From an uncultured virus (IMG/VR IMGVR_UViG_3300027917_000045) (Duplodnaviria; Heunggongvirae; Uroviricota; Caudoviricetes), in the IMG/VR virus record IMGVR_UViG_3300027917_000045: a stretch of DNA of 64,000 bases, one strand, 5' to 3'. This document shows positions 37,408 to 45,070 of this stretch, piece after piece. The position numbers and the translations under genes are program-made. The notes under the pieces were generated by a model. That model searched no databases. It saw only the letters and a list, made by a program, of their open reading frames with translations, and was not told the origin of the DNA. The number at the start of each line of letters is the position of its first letter. Position 1 is the stretch's first letter.

Positions 37408-37680
37408 ATGGCTAGACGTACAGCAACGAAACGCATCAGCCTCAGCTTTACACTATCTGATCTGGTGCTCTTGCTAGGAGGACTGTACTCCTTGCCTCCT
37501 GATTCTCTAGGTCTGAAGACATTGAAGCTCTACCTAGAGATAAACACTGAGGAGTTGAAGGAAGCTCTAGAGTCTACAGGTACAGAGTTTGCGGCTGCCG
37601 TAACTTTGGGGCGGGAGTTGGCGGCGGCTGAAGTCAGTTTGCCTGAGTGTACTGAGCTAAAGGTATACAAAGATGACTAG
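37408..37680 (+). CDS. Hypothetical protein
   Basis: ORF; contains motif copy B. Confidence 0.4.
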   Translation: MARRTATKRISLSFTLSDLVLLLGGLYSLPPDSLGLKTLKLYLEINTEELKEALESTGTEFAAAVTLGRELAAAEVSLPECTELKVYKDD

Positions 37681-37909
37681 AGTAATCGCACTGAGTACAG
37701 TCTTGGTTCTCGCAGGCTTACTAGTAGATATGATACCTACCAGTGTGGTGCTGATAGGTGTCTTCCTAGTAACCATCTGGTTCTACAAGGTAGTATGGAA
37801 GGAGGTACTACAGTACCCTTGGAAGTGTGCTAAGTGTAAGTACGGACTGCACTTAGACGAGAAGGATCTGGACGAGTGCCCAATCTGTGGCACTATCATA
37901 CCTCACTAA
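37673..37909 (+). CDS. Membrane protein with Zn ribbon
   Basis: TM segments; CAKC...CPICG. Confidence 0.55.
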   Translation: MTRVIALSTVLVLAGLLVDMIPTSVVLIGVFLVTIWFYKVVWKEVLQYPWKCAKCKYGLHLDEKDLDECPICGTIIPH

Positions 37910-37922
37910 GGAGGTGGTTAGC

Positions 37923-38189
37923 ATGACGCTTTATCAGCATTTTAGCAAGCCACTGTACAGGAAGCTGGAGAAGGCTGACAATCTAGCCTTCGCAGCATTC
38001 ATCATCATACTGATGATGTTACTGATAGTGGTCGCTATCGTGGTGTGGCCACTGTTAGTGATCTGGGCACTCAACACAGCGTTCGGGTTCACTATACCCT
38101 ACACTCTCAAGATGTGGGCGGCTGTGCTTCTCTTACTACACGCAGTCAAAGCACACTCGCAGACAGAAACAGAGAAGCAGTCTAGCTAG
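37923..38189 (+). CDS. Membrane protein
   Basis: AAGGAGGT SD; TM segments (IWALNTAFG). Confidence 0.6.
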   Translation: MTLYQHFSKPLYRKLEKADNLAFAAFIIILMMLLIVVAIVVWPLLVIWALNTAFGFTIPYTLKMWAAVLLLLHAVKAHSQTETEKQSS

Positions 38190-38212
38190 TTCTAGACTAC
38201 CTACTAACCCGC

Positions 38213-38285
38213 GCCCCTGTAGTTTAACAAGTAAAACGTCAGCCTTTCAAGCTGGAGTTCTCCTGTGCAAGTCAGGGCGGGGGCG
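38213..38285 (+). tRNA. tRNA-Glu (UUC), atypical
   Basis: Acceptor GCCCCTG/CGGGGGC; D stem GTTT/AAAC; anticodon arm TCAGC-CTTTCAA-GCTGG; T arm TCCTG-TGCAAGT-CAGGG; no encoded CCA. Confidence 0.75.
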
Positions 38286-38310
38286 TTCACTATCAAGAGG
38301 GAGGTGTAGT

Positions 38311-38454
38311 ATGCTGGTAGAAGTGATGCGCTGGGCGGCAGTGGTGTTCTACACAGGAGGTTTCCTGTGCTTACTGATTTACCTTGGGCTGTGTATCTGG
38401 AATCAGTACGATGGCTACTGTTTCAAGCACAGTAAAGGCAGGTTCAAACACTGA
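38311..38454 (+). CDS. 47-aa membrane peptide
   Basis: GGAGGTG SD; hydrophobic segment. Confidence 0.5.
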   Translation: MLVEVMRWAAVVFYTGGFLCLLIYLGLCIWNQYDGYCFKHSKGRFKH

Positions 38455-38461
38455 AGGAGAC

Positions 38462-38551
38462 AGGGCTAGAGTGGCTAGACCAAAATCCCAATTACCAAGG
38501 TCGCATCTTCTTAGAAGTGCAAGTTGGGTAGAAGAGGCCACTCTAGACCCT
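38462..38551 (+). ncRNA. Candidate rod-shaped structured RNA
   Basis: Nested stems AGGG-CTAGAGTGGCT/GGCCACTCTAG-A-CCCT, CCCAATT/AGTTGGG, GCA-T-CTTC/GAAGTGC, followed by a pyrimidine tract. Confidence 0.4.
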
Positions 38552-38594
38552 TCCCCTTTTTTACCTATAGATCACTAGCAAGGAGGTGATTAAC

Positions 38595-38753
38595 GTGGAT
38601 GAGGAGAGACTTACAGACATCATCGAAGACTGGCTAGACGGGATGCGGCTCATCATTCTCTGCGTTGCAGGGGTTCGCGAGTTCGAGAATAAGCAACGTA
38701 GTCTGGCCAGAGCACTAGCACAGTGGATTCTAGAGCGAGAAGAATCTGGCTAG
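38595..38753 (+). CDS. Small hypothetical protein
   Basis: AAGGAGGTG SD, GTG start, 52 aa. Confidence 0.5.
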   Translation: MDEERLTDIIEDWLDGMRLIILCVAGVREFENKQRSLARALAQWILEREESG

Positions 38754-38937
38754 ATGCTTCCTATTTACACTCTGAACAGCGCCTCTCTTTCTAGAGTAAG
38801 AACAGTGACGCCTCTAGATGCTAGTTTATGCTAGTTATGCTAGTATATATATACTAGTTAAGCTAGGTACAGTGTTTGCGGCTGTCATACCTTTGGGCAG
38901 AGGCGACACGGCGCACTACCACCAACTAGGAGGAGTC

Positions 38938-39183
38938 ATGGCTCGCAAAGTATTTAGCTATGTGTTCGTGGTTCTAGGCGAGGGGACGTTTCCCCTTGAC
39001 ATGCTACGCTATGATCGTTGCTGCCCAGTAACAGGCGACGATGTAGACTCACTGCTGTACAAGAAAGAGAGAGAGATCATACTGGTACACTACGACTGCA
39101 AGAACTGGGAACCCAGCGGAAGATGGGCGTCCTTCGGCTGGCGAGTAGTTTCTTGCACAGAGGGGAACACAATCAACGAATAG
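38938..39183 (+). CDS. Small phage protein (FPLDMLRYD motif)
   Basis: AGGAGG SD; G.FP.DMLRYD..P...RWASFGW pattern seen in phage early proteins. Confidence 0.65.
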   Translation: MARKVFSYVFVVLGEGTFPLDMLRYDRCCPVTGDDVDSLLYKKEREIILVHYDCKNWEPSGRWASFGWRVVSCTEGNTINE

Positions 39184-39199
39184 ATCCTCACTAGCAAGT

Positions 39200-39240
39200 C
39201 GATGCCCTCTAGCAAGACAGAGGGCATCGGCCTCCTCTTT
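39200..39240 (+). terminator. Stem-loop/terminator
   Basis: CGATGCCCTCT/AGAGGGCATCG 11-bp stem. Confidence 0.5.
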
Positions 39241-39274
39241 ACACTCTTAGAGGCAGCTCTCTTGCGAGTGCAGG

Positions 39275-39310
39275 CGCACGCACGCACGCACGCGCACGCA
39301 TACGCACGCG
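39275..39310. repeat. (CGCA)n simple repeat
   Basis: cgcacgcacgcacgcacgcgcacgcatacgcacgcg. Confidence 0.9.
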
Positions 39311-39410
39311 AGGCGTTTGTAAGCTGGCCCACAAGTTTGCGGCTGTCGTAGGTTTGTTCAGAGCGGCTCGCGGTGGGTCGCTCGTGGTGTTTCTCAAGCT
39401 AGGAGAGAAC

Positions 39411-39884
39411 ATGGCTGGAAAGAAGATCGGGATTCTGGATGCAATCTTGAAGGCAGTAGCTTTTGCTGCCAAGGTGAATACCGAGATTGCAAGAGACCAC
39501 GGCACACTGCCAGAGGATGAGCAGTATGTCTACGTGGCACCCCACTTCAAACTGCTGGACAAAAGCGCCTCTCTCAGGGATCGAGTCCTGATGGGAGTCC
39601 AGTCTGGCAAGATCTCTGGAGTCTTCAAGACCAAGGCTCAGATAGAGGCTCTGGAGGATGACTGGTATAAGAGCCGCGAAGCCATCAATGTCTTCATCGA
39701 TGCTTGCAAGAGTCTCGAAGAAGATGGGAAGCTCCAGAAGCGATGGATCACTCCGAGAGGGAACTATCCCGGCTACTTCGCTCTCAAGATCGCCGGAGCG
39801 ACTCGGAGCAAGTCTGGCAAGACCACTCGCCAGACTGGGAAACCCTCAGTCTCGCAAGAGGACGTTGACGAGATGCTAGCCTAG
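39411..39884 (+). CDS. Hypothetical protein
   Basis: AGGAG SD before ATG 39411. Confidence 0.6.
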   Translation: MAGKKIGILDAILKAVAFAAKVNTEIARDHGTLPEDEQYVYVAPHFKLLDKSASLRDRVLMGVQSGKISGVFKTKAQIEALEDDWYKSREAINVFIDACKSLEEDGKLQKRWITPRGNYPGYFALKIAGATRSKSGKTTRQTGKPSVSQEDVDEMLA

Positions 39885-39896
39885 CTAGCGAGAGGG

Positions 39897-39930
39897 ACTA
39901 GCAGGGGGCTCGCAAGAGCCCCTTGCTAGG
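39897..39930 (+). terminator. Stem-loop at the end of the + strand accessory region
   Basis: CTAGCAGGGGGCTC-GCAA-GAGCCCCTTGCTAG. Confidence 0.6.
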
Positions 39931-40186
39931 GTCCCATAGGCACTTGCAAGCTGCGCTTGCAAGGCCCCCCTTACCCCAATTGGGAGGGTCCTTCCGTCCC
40001 ACATGCTCGAAATGCTTCCTTTTACACATGGATAGAGGGGTGTTAATGTATGATTATGTTAGACTTTCTCTTGTTACTGTTTTGGGGAGTAGTGGTTCCT
40101 CTTGGTTTTGGTTGGTTATTCTGGGTAGTGACTACACCTAGAGATAAATATACCCGCTAGGGTATAGTACAGTTTACACTAACTGG

Positions 40187-40618
40187 TTACTGTAAAATAG
40201 AAGGGGGGTCTAGTTTCTTCTCGAACCAGATATACCCACTAGCAGTGTTCTCTGGGTAGAAGTACTCCCAGCCCTCACGGAGGAAGGATCTGGCAGAAGA
40301 GACGTTCTCAACCCAAGTGTAGGACACAATACGGGAATATCCGGCGTCACGAGCCCATTTTGTACACGTTCTTACCATTCTGCGCCCCAAACCGCGCCCA
40401 CGGGCACTTGCCAGTAGACCGATATATGACACAAAAGCGGCCTCTGGGGCCATATCTGTCTCATCTATGGAGCAGAACCCCACTGGCTCGCTGTTATTCC
40501 ATACTAGCCAGACCGCCTTGGCTTGATTTGGGTCCCAAGTCTCTGCCTCGAAGAGTAAATCGTGAATTGACCTAGCGTAGACCAGCTCCTCCTGTGTGGT
40601 CACACGCTTTAACTTCAT
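40187..40618 (-). CDS. GNAT family acetyltransferase
   Basis: VGFC, ARGRGLGRRM acetyl-CoA motif, N..SARSF...GW. Confidence 0.85.
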   Translation of the reverse strand: MKLKRVTTQEELVYARSIHDLLFEAETWDPNQAKAVWLVWNNSEPVGFCSIDETDMAPEAAFVSYIGLLASARGRGLGRRMVRTCTKWARDAGYSRIVSYTWVENVSSARSFLREGWEYFYPENTASGYIWFEKKLDPPSILQ

Positions 40619-40642
40619 GGAATACCTGTAATTTAGGTTACA

Positions 40643-40909
40643 TTACTGCATTTCTACGTACTTGTACACTAGCTCCCTGCCCTTCCATCTGTCCAGTCGG
40701 TATACGAGCTTGGGAAACTCCGGCATCAGGGGTATTTTGGGCTCATCCTTCAGCCACATGAGGTCATGTGTGGGTATATACACCGGAAATACGTACTCAG
40801 GGGGCGGCTCAGGCCCCGGGACAGCGATTACTTCCCCATCCTTGGGCCCTCCCACCAATTCTACGATGAAACCGCTCTCAGAGGGTTTAGGACTCGTCTT
40901 CTTGGTCAT
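40643..40909 (-). CDS. Small phage protein (GGPKDG motif)
   Basis: LVGGPKDG...YKY pattern. Confidence 0.6.
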   Translation of the reverse strand: MTKKTSPKPSESGFIVELVGGPKDGEVIAVPGPEPPPEYVFPVYIPTHDLMWLKDEPKIPLMPEFPKLVYRLDRWKGRELVYKYVEMQ

Positions 40910-41138
40910 CTTTCCACTCTGAGCTAGGGATTATATCTATTATGGGTCCCATTCCTGACTCTTTGGAGATCTGTTCTATTGCTTGTTCTATGTCCTCTAG
41001 AGTGAGGCATACCGAAGCTGGTCCTCCCGGTATAGTCTTACCGCACCACTGGCACTCAGTACCGGCCTTGTCGGGGTTAAACACCAACCATCTAGCCCCC
41101 AGACCACGATCATAGCATCTACACTCCTTTTTACTCAT
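40887..41138 (-). CDS. Small Zn-ribbon protein
   Basis: MSKKECRC...CQWCGK; start re-set to ATG 41138. Confidence 0.45.
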   Translation of the reverse strand: MSKKECRCYDRGLGARWLVFNPDKAGTECQWCGKTIPGGPASVCLTLEDIEQAIEQISKESGMGPIIDIIPSSEWKDDQEDES

Positions 41139-41553
41139 CAGGAGCCTCCTCCCACCCACATACAGTGCATATCTTGAAAGTACCCAGCTCGTTGGTGAAA
41201 GACTGCCATACAGGCTCATGGTACGACAGGTCTTCGTCATTGAACTCCTTGTACGCCTCTCTGTACTCCTCACTCTCGTACCCCGGGCACCCCTTCACCT
41301 CCTTGGTTTCCACTGTATACACTACCTGATCGTAGGACACCTGCCCCTGTATCTTCAGTGCACACCGCCTGAGAGCCCCCACGAAGGCATCCAACTGGTT
41401 CTCAAAGACCAGAATGTGATCCTTACCACCTTTTGCGTACCCATGAATCGTGAGGTACTTGCCAGTAGCAGTCTCCCCCATATTGAAGAAGAAGGTCTTC
41501 CCGTTGATGGATACCTTCTCCAGAGTCTTGTTATCGCGCTTCGAGTCAGCCAT
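41131..41553 (-). CDS. PUR/DUF3276-like nucleic acid-binding protein with C-terminal Zn ribbon
   Basis: KTFFFNM...GKYLTI...HILVF...DAFVGAL matches the PUR repeat pattern; CTVCG. Confidence 0.65.
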   Translation of the reverse strand: MADSKRDNKTLEKVSINGKTFFFNMGETATGKYLTIHGYAKGGKDHILVFENQLDAFVGALRRCALKIQGQVSYDQVVYTVETKEVKGCPGYESEEYREAYKEFNDEDLSYHEPVWQSFTNELGTFKICTVCGWEEAPDE

Positions 41554-41828
41554 TAGTCCTCCCCTAGTCTCTTTTTGAGGTGGTGTATCAGCTCTCTCTG
41601 CTGTGATATAGCCCTTTCTTGATACTCAATGGTTTGTTTCCTACCCAACATCTTACTGATGTACTGTGCGGACTCGCTAGGGCTCAGGTACTTCCACTTC
41701 TTCCCCCCTTCGGACTCTACGAACAGGTCTTCGTTCTCACCTCTTGCAACCACTTGTTCTTGGGTCCTTACAAACGGCATAGCTGCCATCAATGCACCCA
41801 GCCTACCTAGAAACTTCCTTCTCTCCAT
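41553..41828 (-). CDS. Small protein with twin-arginine-like N-terminus
   Basis: MERRKFLGRLGALMAAMPF; GAGG SD. Confidence 0.5.
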   Translation of the reverse strand: MERRKFLGRLGALMAAMPFVRTQEQVVARGENEDLFVESEGGKKWKYLSPSESAQYISKMLGRKQTIEYQERAISQQRELIHHLKKRLGED

Positions 41829-42065
41829 CTTCTTTTCTCTCCTCTGTACTCTATAACGTATATATAATGTATTACAATACATTAGTATTATAATACGTAT
41901 GCGAACGCAGCAATCTAACTCTTCAGCTTTCATGGCGCAAATTTGACGAGTACTAGAGCCTCCCCGTATTCTACCCATGCCTAGCGCACATCCCCATCTC
42001 CTTTCCTCTTCGCAGCTGGCCCCCGCTTGGGGGTTGGCTGCTTAGAGGGTATATTGCGAGGCATT

Positions 42066-42422
42066 ATGGACATTGTAGACATTCTCAACGACTTGATGAA
42101 GGAGGGGGGAACTCCCCAACAGATAGACCAACTGCATGACACTCTACGCCTGCTAGGTGTAGTACTCGGTCAGATGGCTCTCCTAGACGTAGTAACAGAC
42201 CCCAACGCTAAAGATGCACCCAAAGTTGCAGCCGCTCGTGCGCTCATGGACTTGAAAGAGAAGCCAGAGCATATCGCAGAGAGGCTGAAGGCGGCTCCAT
42301 TTGCCGGATTGACACTTGAGGAGATTCAGGACATTCTACAGGAGATGAAAGAGGGAGACTACGACTTGCAGTCTCTCATAAACAAAAAGAAACTCGCTAA
42401 GGGACGGTTGGAGGCAAAATAG
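42066..42422 (+). CDS. Putative terminase small subunit
   Basis: First gene of the late module; KVAAARALMD helix motif. Confidence 0.4.
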   Translation: MDIVDILNDLMKEGGTPQQIDQLHDTLRLLGVVLGQMALLDVVTDPNAKDAPKVAAARALMDLKEKPEHIAERLKAAPFAGLTLEEIQDILQEMKEGDYDLQSLINKKKLAKGRLEAK

Positions 42423-44320
42423 TGAGTACATATTACATGCGTGCAGATGGTACTGCTGCTGATAAGGAAACTGCAACAGGACCAACCACAGATGCTACCA
42501 AGTGCATGAATGTCACCGTTCATAACGCTGAGTCGTTTGATCCCGGTGACGTTATCGTTTTATCACACCGGGGCGGTGATTATGACACCTCGGGTATCTT
42601 TTTCGGTCTCACTATCCCTTCTAGCGGTGATGCTTCTGATGACATCGTGTATCGCGGGGAAGACCGGGACAACAGACCAGTACTTAACCACAGCGTAGAA
42701 AGAACGGGCTGGACCTACGAGAACCCTCTCTGGTACGTTACAGTCGGTGCTGAGCCTAGCTGTGTCATCTTCGACGGTGCTCGACTGGTGGAGGAGCTGG
42801 TCAAAGGCAACACGGGTACTGGAGAGTACTATTGGGACAGCGGGAACTCCCGTGTTTATGTAGCCGATGATCCTTCCAGTGCTACTGTAGAGACCACATC
42901 AGGAGGTAACGGGGTACGTATTGCGAGTAAGTCCTACATCACCTTCCGAGACATAATTGTAGAGAAAGCTGGTGCTGGAATCAATCTTGTAGGTAATTCT
43001 TCTAATATTACTATACGTAGAGTACTGGCACAGTTGAATGATGGCGTAGGGATCTTCTCGTGGGATGCTGCTTTGGATCGCACCGATATTATCGTGGATG
43101 ACTGTGAGGCGTATCGTAACTGGGAGAGCGGAATCCTGCTCACTGGTAAATCTACTGACTCGCAGATCATCAACTGTCATTCCCACGAGAACTGCCAGAA
43201 CCACCCGACTACACAATTCGCTGCCGGAATCAAGGTAATCAGCGACAGTGGCGATCCTGTAACTGGTGTGATCTTTGAAGACAACGTAGCCCACGATAAC
43301 GGTACTGGGTCTTCTCACTTCGGTACTGGGCAGGGTATCTGGATGGATACAGTGGGTAGCGATTGTATTATGCGGCGTAACTTGTCCTACGACAATAAAG
43401 AAGTCGGTATCTACATGGAGTGGGCTGGTAATAACTCTGGTGTTATTGTGGCCTACAACATCTCCCACGACAACGAAGATGGCGTGAGATTAGGCCGTCG
43501 CAGCCAGAATGTTCTGGTAGCTAACAACGCCGCATACAACAACACTACTTACGGTTTGGTTGTTGCCGGTGAGTCTCCCGGTGATCCTCTTGGTATGGAT
43601 AACAACATCATCAGAAATAACATCGCCAGCGGCAACGGCACGGAGTTTGGTGCTATCTACGGTGGTGAGAACGATGGTACTTTCGGTACTGGGAACGTCT
43701 ACGATCACAACTGCTTCGGCGCTGAAGCCGCTAGCTTTATTGAGTGGGGGCTCAGTACTTACCACAGTACTTACGATGCTTGGGAAGCGGTGTACGGTGA
43801 GTGGGCTGAATGTGTAGAAGCTGACCCGCTGTGGACTGATCCCGGTAACGGAGACTTCACTCTGCAAGATACCTCACCTTGCGTCAAGAGTGGTATAGAT
43901 GTGGGGCTAACAGAAGATTTCATTGGTAACTCAATCAGTCACCCCCCTGACTTGGGTGCTTACACATTAGAATTGGAGACAACAGGAATGAGACGTATCA
44001 GTGCAGCCCACTTTGAGGGCATGATGGCTATGCTGAACCTTGCTGGTCTCCGTATCTTGGTCGAGGATTCGGTATCTATCAACACTGCATCAGCGAACTC
44101 GTATACGGTAGCTAACCAAGCGACACGCAGACTTGTCTGTATACACGAGAGAACCACATTCGGTGATATTCGTGTTTCAGTGTTAGGTACAGCTGGTGCC
44201 ACAGACTTCCCTGTACTGGGAGAAAGGTACTTCACTTTAGACGTTGAGAAGGGCGATGATATATCGTTCTACAACGCCAATGCTAGTACCACCGTAGTTT
44301 ATGTGCTGGAGACAGACTAA
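42422..44320 (+). CDS. Right-handed beta-helix (pectin lyase fold) protein, putative spike
   Basis: Repeated N..HDN/G I.. PbH1 pattern; ADPLWTDP..GDFTLQ..SPC...G...PDLGAY C-terminal motif. Confidence 0.75.
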   Translation: MSTYYMRADGTAADKETATGPTTDATKCMNVTVHNAESFDPGDVIVLSHRGGDYDTSGIFFGLTIPSSGDASDDIVYRGEDRDNRPVLNHSVERTGWTYENPLWYVTVGAEPSCVIFDGARLVEELVKGNTGTGEYYWDSGNSRVYVADDPSSATVETTSGGNGVRIASKSYITFRDIIVEKAGAGINLVGNSSNITIRRVLAQLNDGVGIFSWDAALDRTDIIVDDCEAYRNWESGILLTGKSTDSQIINCHSHENCQNHPTTQFAAGIKVISDSGDPVTGVIFEDNVAHDNGTGSSHFGTGQGIWMDTVGSDCIMRRNLSYDNKEVGIYMEWAGNNSGVIVAYNISHDNEDGVRLGRRSQNVLVANNAAYNNTTYGLVVAGESPGDPLGMDNNIIRNNIASGNGTEFGAIYGGENDGTFGTGNVYDHNCFGAEAASFIEWGLSTYHSTYDAWEAVYGEWAECVEADPLWTDPGNGDFTLQDTSPCVKSGIDVGLTEDFIGNSISHPPDLGAYTLELETTGMRRISAAHFEGMMAMLNLAGLRILVEDSVSINTASANSYTVANQATRRLVCIHERTTFGDIRVSVLGTAGATDFPVLGERYFTLDVEKGDDISFYNANASTTVVYVLETD

Positions 44321-44664
44321 TGCTGGCAAGAATCTGGGCTTGGATCAAGCGCCAGTGGCATAAGTTTTGGGACTGGGTTCATGGCCGGAAGCTGCGTAGG
44401 ATAACGCAGTCTGTAAAAGGTACTCGTATTGTACCTATGGCTATGGCTGCTCGTGATGCTGGCAAGCTGCCTCGACCTGTGCAGAAGCTAGAACAGATGC
44501 AAGCTAAGCTGTCGGGCTCCAAGTACGAGCTGAAGAGACGAGGTGGAGGTCTGTATCTCGCTGAGTTTCACTGGAAGGGTATGAAGTTCTACTCTCATGG
44601 TGGGACTCCCGGTATCGCAGTCCGTAACCTGTTGAATCGCATCGAAGCACTGGATAATGACTAG
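44320..44664 (+). CDS. Hypothetical basic protein
   Basis: TAATG coupling. Confidence 0.55.
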   Translation: MLARIWAWIKRQWHKFWDWVHGRKLRRITQSVKGTRIVPMAMAARDAGKLPRPVQKLEQMQAKLSGSKYELKRRGGGLYLAEFHWKGMKFYSHGGTPGIAVRNLLNRIEALDND

Positions 44665-45070
44665 GAGAGTACTTACTAGAGAATGTGGTGGTTGTACAGC
44701 TTGTTGTTACGTGATAAAAGTAGAACAGCTGTCTAAACCGTTCAGGTCTGTTTGCCCTTTTGTGGTGATAGGTCAAGGTTGTGGTATATGGGGTGGTCCC
44801 GGTGGACCCGGGGGACAGCCAGAGGTTTGCGCTAAATACCGTTGTGCGTGGCTCTCTGGGTACGGCGATGAGGAAGACAGGCCAGATGTGTCTGGTATAC
44901 TGGTGGATAGACGTGATCTGGGGTTGGCTGCGATAGGAGTAAGAGAAGGTTACGAGAAGACACCGAAAGCAAGATTGGCTATGGAACGTATTTCTAGGGA
45001 TGCGGGTGAGCTAGTTACGCTGACAGATAGAATGTTGGAACCTGTTGAGGTAATAGAATGGCAGTCGTAG
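44657..45070 (+). CDS. YkgJ-like CxxCxxCC cysteine cluster protein
   Basis: CGGCTACC...CPF...CGIW...PEVCAKYRCAWL. Confidence 0.75.
   Translation: MTRRVLTRECGGCTACCYVIKVEQLSKPFRSVCPFVVIGQGCGIWGGPGGPGGQPEVCAKYRCAWLSGYGDEEDRPDVSGILVDRRDLGLAAIGVREGYEKTPKARLAMERISRDAGELVTLTDRMLEPVEVIEWQS

Noticed and set aside
38239..38255. tRNA-Sec or opal suppressor (TCA in the loop)
   Set aside because: The 7-nt loop CTTTCAA centres on TTC (Glu), and there is no long variable arm.
34254..39358. Bacteroidetes (TTTG...TAnnTTTG) or sigma54 promoter assignment for the repeated motif
   Set aside because: TTTG-to-TA spacing is 9 nt rather than ~19-21. GG-N10-GC holds in only two of four copies.
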